A stretch of 64,000 nucleotides of DNA. It comes from Thermoanaerobaculia bacterium. Its GTDB lineage: Bacteria; Acidobacteriota; Thermoanaerobaculia; Multivoradales; Multivoraceae. Within the stretch, counting starts at the first letter, position 1, and every line of letters begins with the position of its first letter. Below, one piece after another: positions 9,893 through 19,627 of the stretch. Position numbers and translations under genes: made by a program. The stretch lies in assembly GCA_963664405.1 (NCBI GenBank), contig OY761158.1, forward strand, positions 4,640,001 through 4,704,000. The letters are read 5' to 3'. Under the pieces are notes generated by a model. That model was not told the origin of the DNA, did not search any database, and saw nothing but the letters and a program-made list of their open reading frames with translations.

Positions 9893-10938
9893 TCGATGGA
9901 ATCCATTCCATACTCGAGGCCGATATAGCTGGTGATCCCATGTCATCAAAAAGATGGACGCACGAGACCGCTGCAAAGGTGGCCCAATGCCTTGCCGAAC
10001 GCCTTGACATCATCGTATCGGCTACGGTGGTGCGTCGATTGCTCGCAGACCTGAACTATTCCCTCAAGAGCAATAGGAAATGTCTGTCTTCGGGGAACTC
10101 CCCAGATCGTGATGCACAGTTCAAGGCCATCAAGCGACTGCGCGAGGATTTCACAAGCGCTGGCGACCCGATCATCAGCGTCGATACGAAGAAGAAGGAG
10201 CTGATCGGTCGGTTCAAGAACCAGGGACAGACATGGTGCCGCGAGGCCAAGCGGGTCAAGGATCACGACTTCCGGTCCGAAGCTCTCGCCATCGCCTCCC
10301 CCTATGGGATCTACGATCTTCAGAGGAACTTCGGCGTTCTCGTCCTCGGACAGTCGTCGGACACGCCGGAGTTCGCTGTCAACAGCATCGCGACCTGGTG
10401 GCTCAAATACGGTCGATCTCACTATCCGGCGTCTCAGCGTCTCCTCATTCTTGCCGACAGCGGCGCAAGCAACGGCGCACGGCTTCGAGCCTGGAAGAAG
10501 TACCTCCAGGAGAAGCTCGTAGACAAGTGCGGCCTCATCATCACCGTCGCCCACTATCCAACTGGCACCAGTAAATGGAATCCCATCGAGCACAGGATGT
10601 TCAGCGAGATCAGCAAGAACTGGGCCGGAGTTCCTCTCGAGAGTTTCGAGATCCTCGTCAACCTCGTCCGCAACACGACGACATCCACCGGACTGCGCGT
10701 CGAGCCGTGCCGTGATCAACGCCAATACCAGAAAGGAGTCAGGGTATCGGACAAGGAAATGCTGCAGCTCGCGGTGGCCAGGAGCGACTTCCTAGGAAAG
10801 TGGAACTACACCCTCTCGCCGAGACCGCGAACCGAGCAGGAAGAGCTTGCCCCACAGCCTGGGCTCAGCTCACCACCACCTCCAATGCAGCGACCGCCCT
10901 GTGGCGCCTCGGCCTCACACGCTCCGGCGATAATGTGA
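9871..10938 (+). CDS. ISAzo13 transposase OrfB (DDE domain), reached by probable -1 frameshift
   Basis: DRDAQF, PIISVDTKKKELIG, DHDF, PYGIYD, LLILADSGASN, HYPTGTSKWNPIEHRMFS, WNYT. Confidence 0.88.
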   Translation, partial: GKKTPEIVDGIHSILEADIAGDPMSSKRWTHETAAKVAQCLAERLDIIVSATVVRRLLADLNYSLKSNRKCLSSGNSPDRDAQFKAIKRLREDFTSAGDPIISVDTKKKELIGRFKNQGQTWCREAKRVKDHDFRSEALAIASPYGIYDLQRNFGVLVLGQSSDTPEFAVNSIATWWLKYGRSHYPASQRLLILADSGASNGARLRAWKKYLQEKLVDKCGLIITVAHYPTGTSKWNPIEHRMFSEISKNWAGVPLESFEILVNLVRNTTTSTGLRVEPCRDQRQYQKGVRVSDKEMLQLAVARSDFLGKWNYTLSPRPRTEQEELAPQPGLSSPPPPMQRPPCGASASHAPAIM

Positions 10939-10990
10939 AGTTATTTCCGCGCCGACCCTAAGCGAACGAATACTCATCGCTCCTCACTCC

Positions 10991-13900
10991 TCACTCCCCG
11001 AGGGGAATGCGTCGCACGTCCACCGGAATCGGTGCTTCGGTCCCCTCGACGATGCGGTAGACACGGTTCACCGCCAGCGGGCCAAAGCGTTGCTCGAGTC
11101 CGCTCCCCGGCCATTGGACGATCAACTCTCGGACCTCGCCGCCTTCGCCGACGCCGATCTCCTGTTGCAGACTGGAGCCCCCGAAAGAGCCGCCGCTGCC
11201 GACGACGCGATGAATCGAGCGCCGCGTTCTGCCATTCCCGACCACGAGCTCGATACGCGCTCCGATCGCCGACCGGTTGGCCCGGTTGCCGACCAGGCGC
11301 AGAGTCACCCATCCGCCTTGGGTGCCGGGGTTGAGGAAGAGGGCGTTACCGAATGAATCGGCGGGGAAGAAGCCGCCGAGCTGATGGAGCAGGTCCTGGT
11401 CGCCATCGTTGTCGAGGTCGCCGAAATTAGCGCCCATGGTCATCGACGGGCGTCCGAGACCGACGTTTAGCGAGACCTCGGTGAACCCTGGCGCTCCGGT
11501 CTCGGCCAGGTCGTTGCGGTAGAGCAGGGCCCGGTCGCCAGGAAGATCGACCTCGAAGTAGGAGGCGGTCACCAGCGCGGTCTGCTCGCGATAGTCGGTG
11601 ACGAAGAGGTCGAGGTCACCGTCGTTGTCGTAGTCGAAGAACCAACTGGCGAAGCTCGGCTCGGGTTGCGTTACTCCGAGCCGTGAAGCCACGTCGGTGA
11701 ACTTGACCTGGCCGCTGGCGGGCCCGCTGTCGTTGCGGTAGAGGCGGTTCCCCTGACCGTTGTTCGAGACATAGAGATCGGCGTCGCCGTCGTTATCGTA
11801 GTCGCCCCAGACGACACCCTTGGTGTAGTGCCTGTTGAGAACGCCCGCCTGTGTGGCGACGTCGATGAAGACGACCTGGCCGTCGGCCCCGGCTCCTTCG
11901 TTGCGGAACAGTTGCGACGGGTAGTCCTTCTCGTCTTTTCCTTCGTTACCGATGTAGAGGTCCAAATCGCCGTCGCCGTCGAAGTCGGCCCAAGCCGCGG
12001 TCTGGGTGGGATAGGCGGGCTCCGCAAGCCCGGCGCTGTGGGTCACGTCGCTGAAGCCTCTGCCGTCGCTGAGGTCGTTGCGCAACAGCGAGTTGCGAAT
12101 CTTTCCTTCTTCCTTGAGCCATGCTCCGCGCAGGATCAGCAGATCCAGATCGCCATCGTTGTCATAATCGGCGTGGACCAGGTTCAAGCCGCCGAGCTGG
12201 CCGTCGAGCTTCCACGCCTTGCTGACGTCTTCGAAGCCGCCGCGGCCGTCGTTGCGGTAGGCCTTGGCGCCGTCACAGGGGTCCCAGGTGGTGGTTACGA
12301 GATCCAGGTTGCCGTCGCCGTCGAAGTCGTCCATCACGGCGCCGCCGGCTAGGTCCAGGGCGTTGACCGCGAGCTCCGGTGCGACATCACGCCAGTGGCC
12401 GAAGGGCTGCTCCGAGGCGAACGCCCCCTCAGGCAGTCGCAGCTTCTCCGGCACTCCGTCGGGGTAGTCCCCCGAGACGCTGCGTGCCAGATTGAGGAGC
12501 CAGGCCGCCTGGATGTTGCGCGGGTGTGCCTCGGCGTACTCGAGCAAGAGATCACCGGCGATGCGGCTTGCCTCAGGGAAGGGGTGGATTCCCTCGCGCG
12601 TAATCGGCAGCAGGCAACTTGCCGCGGTCCGGTGGCCGACGCAGTTCTGATCCTCGGCTCGTTGCAGCTGGGCGAGTGCCAGGTACCAGTGAACGAAAGA
12701 GCGCATGTCGCCTCTGATGTACTGCTCCTGGGCGTCTTCCCATGCTTCAGAAAGGATGGCGATGGCCTCATCCGTTCGACCCAGAATCAGGGTCTGGAAT
12801 CCCATCAGGCCGCGAGTGAAGATCTGCTGGTTGGGGTCCAGCCCCCCACGCGCCAGTTTCTCCTGCTGCTGGCGGAGAACGAAGTCGCTGAAGTAGTTGT
12901 TCCGTCCGGTCTTGAGCTGTTGGCAGGCGTCTGCGAGGTCCTGCTCGTTCGTGGACTTGGTCTCCGCGGTCGTTGCGACCGGCGCGGGTAACAGCACTCC
13001 CGACTCCCAGTCTTCGCGCATCCGTTGTGCCTGCTCGTGCCCGGGCTCGATTGCGAGTAGCCTGTCGAGCTCTCCGAGGCCTAGCTCGCCCTGGTCGAGG
13101 GTGAAGTGGGTGAGAGCGAGACCGAGGTGGGCGGCGGTGCTCTCGGGCCGCAAACGGATGGCCTTCTCGAAGCCCGACTTGGCTTCACTCATTCGCCCTT
13201 GTCGTCCCCAGACGCGCGCCAGGGGGAGGATCGCTTCGAAGCGATCGGGGTTAACCGACAGCACCTTCCGGTAGAGGGACTCGGCCTCCTCCAGGTCTCC
13301 GGCGCTCAACCGGCGGTCGGCCTGGGCGACCAGGGTCCTCAGGTCGTTGCGGCCGGCGAGCACCTGGTCTAGGAGCGGATCGAGGGGCGAAGCCCTGTTC
13401 ACTCCTCCGCCGAGTCCTTCCAGGTAGCGAGAAGCGTCTTCCAGTCGGCCGAGGTCGGAATAGGCCGTGCCGAGGAGATAAGAGGCCTCTTCCAGGGTGG
13501 GGTCGATCTCGAGTGCGCGCTGTAGTTGGCGCACCGCCTCCTCAGGCCGCTCCCTCTGCCGTGCGAGCTTGGCCATCCCCAGATGCCCCCAGGGTTGGCC
13601 GGGAGCTCTGGTGAGGAGCTCCTCGAACGCCGCCTCCGCCTGCTCTAGTCGTCTCTGGGCCAGAAGAGTGTTGCCCAGGTGATGGAGGGCGGCGAGGTAG
13701 TCGGGAGAGAGTGCCCGCATCGCTTGGAAGTAGTTGATCGCGTTCGTCGGCTCGCCCTCTTCGTTGGCGAGCAAGGCGAGGTAGTAGGGCCAATCGGAGG
13801 TATCCGGCTCCATTTGACGGGCGATCTCGTAGCAGCGTCTGGCCAGCTCGTTGTAGCCGTGGGCATGGTAGGTGCGGCCCAGGCGACCCTAGGCGGCGCC

Positions 13901-14206
13901 GTTGGCGCTGTCCTGACGGAGCGCTTCGGCGTCTTGCCGGATCTGCTCGGCAACCAGAGGGTCCAGGTCGTCGAGGCTTTCGAGCTCCAGGTCGTACAGC
14001 GCAGTCGCGGGCGATAGGGACGGGGCCTCCTTGGAAGCGAATCGAACAAAGAGAGTCGCAGCGATCGCCAGGACCAGGATAGCCAGGGCACCGAAGAGAT
14101 AGGGGCGGGGACTCTTGGGCGGCTCTTCCTCTTGGTTCTTCGCCTTGGGCGCGGCTGCCGGCTTCTGGGGAGTTGGCTTCCGTTTGCGGCGTCGCTTGCG
14201 AGCCAT
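10991..14206 (-). pseudogene. TPR plus FG-GAP/CRTAC1 (ASPIC-UnbV) protein with in-frame TAG at 13889-13891 and a probable internal deletion
   Basis: ORFs 13889-14206 and 10991-13813 share a frame (NGAA*GRLGRTYHAHGY). TPR helices, many DxDxDGDLD repeats, C-terminal NRSAIGARI..GGSFG. Confidence 0.8.
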
Positions 14207-14207
14207 C

Positions 14208-15971
14208 TCAGAGCCCCTCCCCGGTCTTGGCTTCTTCTCTATCGAGCGGGGGCTCGACCAGCTCCAGGAACTGGTCGGCGGCTACGTTGAGGAGATCCTG
14301 GCTAGTGCCATCAGGCCAGACGACCGTCAGTCGCTCCACCTCCGCGAGCTCGCCGAGCCCGAAGTGAAGGCGGGGGTCGTTGCTCGAGCAGTAGCTGTAG
14401 GCCGGCTGCACCTGGCGCCGCACGATGCGGCCATTCCGATGCAGCTCCACCACCGCGCCCAGAGAATCGCGATCGTTGCGACCCACCGTTTCGACCGATA
14501 GGAAGTGGTTCTCGCCGCCGACCTCGTTGCGAAGCAGACGCACCGGACCGCCGTTGTTTGCTACCAGGATGTCCACGTCACCGTCATTGTCGTAGTCGCC
14601 GAAGGCCGCACCCCGGCTCACCTCGGTCTGGGCAAACGCGTCGCCGGCCATGGCAGAGACATCTTCGAAGCGTCCGTCCAGCTGCCCTCGGAACAACTGG
14701 TTGGGCTCACTGTAATCGTAGCGCAGGGACCCGTCGGCGGCGCGGATGGGGTGGTCCTGAAGGTGCCGAGTCTGCACCTTGCCATTGGCGATGAAGAGAT
14801 CGAGGACGCCGTCGTTGTCATGGTCGAAGAGGCCCGTGCCGAAGCCGGTGTAGGCGTGGCTCACCGAGCCGAGATCGAGGGCGTCGGTGACGTCGCGGAA
14901 ACTCCCCCCAGCGTTGCGGTAGAAGGTGTTGGTCTCGCCACTGAGATGAGTCATGAAGAGATCCCAATCGCCATCGACATCCACGTCTTCGGTTGTGATC
15001 CCCATGCTGCCTTCGGGCTGGCCCGTTGCATTGAAGGCCGCACCGCGGATCAAGGCCTCCTCGCTGAAAGTGCCGTCGCCGTTATTGCGCCACAGATGGT
15101 TGGCCATGGCGTCGTTGGCGACATAGATGTCGACCCAGCCGTCGCCGTCGAAGTCGGCGGTGACGATTCCCAGGCCGGTGGCCTCGACCGTGGCGATGCC
15201 CGAGGCGGTGCTGACGTCGGTGAAGCGGACCTCGCCTTCCGGTCCGGCGCCGTCGTTGCGATAAAGAGTGTCGGCCTGTGGGCGCTGATAGGCCATCGGG
15301 TTGCAGTAGCCGGGCAGACCGCTCGAGCCGAGGCAAGGTCTTTCGATCTCGAAAGACCAGTCGACGTAGTTACAGACAAAGAGGTCGAGATCGCCGTCGG
15401 CGTCATAGTCGACGAAAGCGGCGCTGGTGGAGTAGCCGGGGTCGCCGACGCCGGTGGTCTCGGTAACGTCGTCGAAGCCGACGCGGCCGTCCGCGTCCGT
15501 CCCTCGGTTGCGATATAGCGTGTTGCGACCGAAATTGGTCACATAGAGATCCACCCAGCCGTCACCGTCGAAATCGGCGGCGGCGATTCCCGATCCGTAA
15601 CCGTCATCGCCGACTCCGGCACTCTCGGTGATTGGCTCGAAGCTGCCGTCGCCGCGGTTGCGGTAGAGCGCGTTGGTCGCTGGCTCGGGGCTGGAGGTGG
15701 GTGACAGAGGTCCCGATTGGATGAGGTAGATGTCGAGAAAAGAGTCGTTGTCGACATCGACAAAGGCGGCTCCCGCCCCCATCTGTTCGGGAAAGTAGAA
15801 CTTCCCTGTGGCGCCATTCTCATGGACGAAGTCGATACCCGACGCCGCGGCGACCTCGACGAACGGCGGCGGCGGCGGGGGGGAGTGCGGCTCACGGCAG
15901 GAGAATAACGTCAATGCGCAAGCGGCGATCGCGACCCAGGCGCAGGGCCGGGGGGTTCGAGGAAGCTGCAT
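14208..15971 (-). CDS. CRTAC1-family FG-GAP/ASPIC-UnbV lipoprotein
   Basis: Lipobox-like LFSC, DFDGDGWVDLYVTN repeats, SRGAAFGDYDNDGDVD, SYCSSNDPRLHFGLG. Confidence 0.92.
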   Translation of the reverse strand: MQLPRTPRPCAWVAIAACALTLFSCREPHSPPPPPPFVEVAAASGIDFVHENGATGKFYFPEQMGAGAAFVDVDNDSFLDIYLIQSGPLSPTSSPEPATNALYRNRGDGSFEPITESAGVGDDGYGSGIAAADFDGDGWVDLYVTNFGRNTLYRNRGTDADGRVGFDDVTETTGVGDPGYSTSAAFVDYDADGDLDLFVCNYVDWSFEIERPCLGSSGLPGYCNPMAYQRPQADTLYRNDGAGPEGEVRFTDVSTASGIATVEATGLGIVTADFDGDGWVDIYVANDAMANHLWRNNGDGTFSEEALIRGAAFNATGQPEGSMGITTEDVDVDGDWDLFMTHLSGETNTFYRNAGGSFRDVTDALDLGSVSHAYTGFGTGLFDHDNDGVLDLFIANGKVQTRHLQDHPIRAADGSLRYDYSEPNQLFRGQLDGRFEDVSAMAGDAFAQTEVSRGAAFGDYDNDGDVDILVANNGGPVRLLRNEVGGENHFLSVETVGRNDRDSLGAVVELHRNGRIVRRQVQPAYSYCSSNDPRLHFGLGELAEVERLTVVWPDGTSQDLLNVAADQFLELVEPPLDREEAKTGEGL

Positions 15972-16098
15972 GGAATAGAAGACGATCTTAGTTGTCTACC
16001 AGGACGCCAACAAGTTCTGTGGATCCTCAGGCGAGGATGAGCCGGCCCTCGCCTGAGGTAGGATAGAAGGTCTATCTCGGCTTGAAAGGGGGCTTTGT

Positions 16099-17880
16099 AT
16101 GGCTCGTCTTCGTCTGGTCTCGATTGTAGCGATCCTTTTACTGTCGTTGCCCGCGTTGGCGGCTGATCGCAATGCCTACTTCGGCGATCTGCACATTCAC
16201 ACCGCCTATTCGATGGATGCCTTCGCTTTTGCCACCCGTACCACCCCCGATGACGCCTATCGTTTTGCCGCCGGCGAGGCGATCGAGCATCCCTCCGGTC
16301 ACGACATCAAGCTCGACCGGCCGCTGGACTTCTACGCGGTCACCGATCATGCCGGCTATCTCGGTGTGCTCAAGGCGCTGGCCGATCCTTCCCACCCGCT
16401 GGCCAACGACCCGCAGGCACTGCTCTACACCGACCGGGCCAGCATCAAGGGGCGAGGAGCCTACTTACCCGGCGCCACCGAGTTTCAGGCCGAGCACAAC
16501 AGCCCAGAGATTCTGCGCTCCGCCTGGCAGGACATCGTCGGCGCGGCTCAGCGCCACTATCGTCCCGGTACTCTGACCACTTTCATCGCTTACGAATACA
16601 CCACCTCACGCGACGGCGCCAATCTGCACCGCAACGTGATCTTCAAGGGCAGCCGGGCGCCGGAGGCTCCCTTCAGCCGCCTCGACTCGACCAACCCCGA
16701 AGACCTGTGGACGTGGATGGACGCTCAGCGCGCTGACGGCATCGAAGCGCTCGCCATTCCCCACAACTCGAACGGCTCCGACGGTTGGATGTTCCAGACC
16801 GAGCAGTTCGACGGCAGCCCGCTGGACGCTGCCTATGCGGAAAAGAGGATGCGCAACGAGCCCGTTGTCGAAGTCACTCAGGTCAAGGGCACCTCGGAGA
16901 CCCATCCCTTCCTCTCGCCGAACGACGAGTGGGCGGATTTCGAGATCTTTCCCTACATCATCGGCTTGGGGTTCACCAAGAGCCGCCCCCGAGGCAGCTA
17001 TGTGCGCGAGGCCTGGCTCAATGGCCTTGCCTTCCAGAGCGAGGAGGGGTTCAACCCCTACCGCTTCGGCATCATCGGCGCCAGCGACACCCACAACTCC
17101 GGCTTCCAGTTCCAGGAGTCGCGCTATACCGGCAAGGTCGGCGTCCACGACTACTACCCTCAGAGCCGCGGCTCGGTTCCCACCGGCACTCTCGATGGCA
17201 TGCCGACCTATCGCGATGTCTGGCGCATCTACTATGGCGCATCGGGCCTGACCGGCGCCTGGGCCGACGAGAACAACCGCGACGCCATCTACGACGCGTT
17301 CCGGCGCAAAGAGACCTTCGCCACCACCGGTCCGCGGATCCGAGTGCGCTTGTTCGCCGGCGCCGACCTTCCCGCCGATCTCCATACCCGTCGCGACATG
17401 GCCGAGGTGGGATACGCCAGAGGTGTCGCGATGGGTGGCGATCTGAGCGCGAGTCACGGCGAGCCGAAGTTCGTGGTCACGGCGCTCCGCGATCCTCTGG
17501 GGGCTCCGCTCCAGCGTCTGCAGATCGTCAAAGGGTGGATCGAGGGCGGTGAGGAGCGCGAGCAGGTCTTCGATGTGGCGTGCTCTGACGGGCAGCGTGT
17601 AGATCGCGCCACCCATCGTTGCCCCGACAACGGCGCTTCGGTCGATCTCACCACCTGCGCGATCAGCACTGGTGTCGGTGACGATCAGCTCGCAACGACA
17701 TGGACCGACCCCGCTTTCGACGCCGCGCAGGAGGCTTTCTACTACCTTCGCGCTCTCGAGAACCCGACCTGTCGCTGGTCGACGTGGGATGCCGTTCGCG
17801 CCGGAGTGGCGCCGAGGGCGTCGACACCCGCCACGATTCAAGAGCGTGCGTGGTCCTCGCCGATCTGGGTCCAGCCCTAG
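16099..17880 (+). CDS. DUF3604 (PHP-like) secreted protein
   Basis: AYFGDLHIHTAYSMDA, LDFYAVTDHA, NLHRNVIF, IPHNSNGSDG, GASDTHN, ATTGPRI, IQERAWSSPIW. Confidence 0.92.
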   Translation: MARLRLVSIVAILLLSLPALAADRNAYFGDLHIHTAYSMDAFAFATRTTPDDAYRFAAGEAIEHPSGHDIKLDRPLDFYAVTDHAGYLGVLKALADPSHPLANDPQALLYTDRASIKGRGAYLPGATEFQAEHNSPEILRSAWQDIVGAAQRHYRPGTLTTFIAYEYTTSRDGANLHRNVIFKGSRAPEAPFSRLDSTNPEDLWTWMDAQRADGIEALAIPHNSNGSDGWMFQTEQFDGSPLDAAYAEKRMRNEPVVEVTQVKGTSETHPFLSPNDEWADFEIFPYIIGLGFTKSRPRGSYVREAWLNGLAFQSEEGFNPYRFGIIGASDTHNSGFQFQESRYTGKVGVHDYYPQSRGSVPTGTLDGMPTYRDVWRIYYGASGLTGAWADENNRDAIYDAFRRKETFATTGPRIRVRLFAGADLPADLHTRRDMAEVGYARGVAMGGDLSASHGEPKFVVTALRDPLGAPLQRLQIVKGWIEGGEEREQVFDVACSDGQRVDRATHRCPDNGASVDLTTCAISTGVGDDQLATTWTDPAFDAAQEAFYYLRALENPTCRWSTWDAVRAGVAPRASTPATIQERAWSSPIWVQP

Positions 17881-18072
17881 CCTCCGGAAATGATGGCTAT
17901 CATTTCCTGCGGCTAGTTGTTTTTTGGCGCCGAGGACGGCGCACTCGGGACTTGCTTCCTATTCGCTTCGGGCAGAGTTGCGTTTCCTGCCGAGGTCCTA
18001 GAGAAGATTTCGCCCGAAGCGTATAGAAAGCATCGCCCAAGTGCGCCGTCCTCGGCGCCAAAGAGTAACTAG
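17881..18072. repeat. REP/REPIN-like compound palindrome
   Basis: Hairpin GGAAATGAT-GGCT-ATCATTTCC, then inverted arms each containing GGCGCCGAGGACGGCGCACT, bounded by CTAG. Confidence 0.85.
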
Positions 18073-19587
18073 CCCCAATTCGCGAATAAATCAGGCGGCT
18101 CGGAGGGCTTTAGCGACTCTTTGGAAGTCTTGTTGAGCGGCGGCTGAAGTGCCGAGGTCGAGGGTGATTCGGCCAGCAGGGTGAAGGAGGACGCCGGCTC
18201 GGCCGAGGAGTTTGAATCGCAGGGTGTGGATGGTTTCGAAGCGATGCAGAGTTCTCCGTTTGCGAGTCCGTGAGCGGGGCTGCGGGCGTGCCGCGACCTG
18301 AAACGACCGGGCGAGGTTGAAGGCGAGGACGCTGAGCACTTGCCAGGCAGCATTGGCCGCTGCCTTGAGACTGGGGACACAGTTGAACGCGAAGCCGTTG
18401 CGTAACTCAGCGTAGGCCTTCTCGTGGGTCCCTCGACCGTTGAGGAAGTGCCACAGATTCCGGCCGTTCAGCTGTTTGTTGGTGGTGATCGCCGAGTACT
18501 CGTAGTGGCCGTCGTCGGGGTCGAACAGGTCGAGCTGGAAGTTCTTGCGCGTCTCGTGAGCCACCCGCTTGCGGTAGAGCACGATGCGGCGCACCTGGTT
18601 CCAGGCGGCCACCCGAGTGCGGGTCTCACAAAAGCTCACCGTGTCGTCGATGCGGATCCACTTCGCAGCCTGAGCCACCGCCGTCTTCAGGTGCAGCCAG
18701 GGGTAGAACGGGACCTTGATCGCGTACTCCGCCCTCGCCGAGTCCAGGAACTCCAAGACATCCCGGCGAAAGAACGCCCCGTCCATGCGGAACTCCAGGC
18801 GTACGCCACGATCGACCGTGGCGCGAATCTGGTCGAGAAGCGCTGAGAGAAAGTTAAGAGACGCTTTTCCATCGTGCACGTTGCCTGGGCGGTTCTCGAC
18901 CCGCAGGATCTGACCCGACTGCGCCTCGTAGGCGGTGATCGGGTAGTAGCTCGGAACCTTCCGGTGGTGAGGGTTGAAGCCACGCTTCGCTCCTTCGACC
19001 GTCTGTCCGGTCGACACCACCGAGCCGTCGACATCGATCGTCAAACGCGCCAGTCTCGCCTTCTGAAGAGCCTCGCCCACCACCTCAGAGTTCAGCCGCA
19101 CCCAACGCGCCACGTGACTCTCAGACAGTTGCGCCAGCCACCCGCTCACGGTCCTCGGCGACGGCAGTCGGCGGAGTCCGGCGAACCGGGCCAAGATCGG
19201 ATCCGACTGCACGTAGCGAAGGTGCCAGATCCGTCGACCGCCGACCATCAGAAGGCCAAGCAGCACAAGGAGCATCGGAACGGTGCCGAAGTCGCTTCTC
19301 GGGAACGACCTTCCGACCCACCGCCGAAGCCGCTCGCGAAACCTCCGCCTCTGAAGGAAGTCCCGGAACAGCTCCAATCCGGCCTGCGAAGTAACTTGCT
19401 GCAGGCCGCACCGGTACTCGACCCGACCGTTGACCCGACCCCTGAGATCTGCTCTGCTTAACCGCACTGAGAGTGCCCTTTCGTTGTGGTGACTTCTTTC
19501 GGCTTTGACACCCGAAGTACACCACAGCGGAGGGCCCTTTCGCTTCTTAGACCACCAGATCAGACCGCTCTTTTTCGCGAATTGGGG
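18073..19587 (-). mobile_element. IS1380-family insertion sequence
   Basis: 14-bp perfect IRs CCCCAATTCGCGAA / TTCGCGAATTGGGG, with CTAG on both flanks (18069-18072, 19588-19591). Confidence 0.92.
18091..19467 (-). CDS. IS1380-family transposase
   Basis: VTSQAGL, LTIDVDGSV, SYYPI, RPGNVH, FRMDGAF, NGRGTHEKAYAELRNG, ANAAW..LAFNL. Confidence 0.92.
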   Translation of the reverse strand: MRLSRADLRGRVNGRVEYRCGLQQVTSQAGLELFRDFLQRRRFRERLRRWVGRSFPRSDFGTVPMLLVLLGLLMVGGRRIWHLRYVQSDPILARFAGLRRLPSPRTVSGWLAQLSESHVARWVRLNSEVVGEALQKARLARLTIDVDGSVVSTGQTVEGAKRGFNPHHRKVPSYYPITAYEAQSGQILRVENRPGNVHDGKASLNFLSALLDQIRATVDRGVRLEFRMDGAFFRRDVLEFLDSARAEYAIKVPFYPWLHLKTAVAQAAKWIRIDDTVSFCETRTRVAAWNQVRRIVLYRKRVAHETRKNFQLDLFDPDDGHYEYSAITTNKQLNGRNLWHFLNGRGTHEKAYAELRNGFAFNCVPSLKAAANAAWQVLSVLAFNLARSFQVAARPQPRSRTRKRRTLHRFETIHTLRFKLLGRAGVLLHPAGRITLDLGTSAAAQQDFQRVAKALRAA

Positions 19588-19627
19588 CTAGCTTTTGGGA
19601 ATGATAGTCATCATTCCCGAAAGCTAG
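19588..19627. repeat. REP-like hairpin of the GAAATGAT family
   Basis: CTAGCTTTTGGGAATGAT-AGTC-ATCATTCCCGAAAGCTAG near-perfect palindrome; contains the stop codon of the 19611 gene. Confidence 0.8.

Larger units (their letters stand above)
8954..10958 (+). mobile_element. ISAzo13-family insertion sequence
   Basis: Perfect 18-bp terminal IRs GGGTCGGCGCGGAAATAA / TTATTTCCGCGCCGACCC. TAA direct repeats at 8951-8953 and 10959-10961. Confidence 0.92.

Noticed and set aside
16025-16058. 12-bp stem CCTCAGGCGAGG/CCTCGCCTGAGG as a terminator
   Set aside because: It lies between divergent gene starts and has no U-tract; no function can be assigned.
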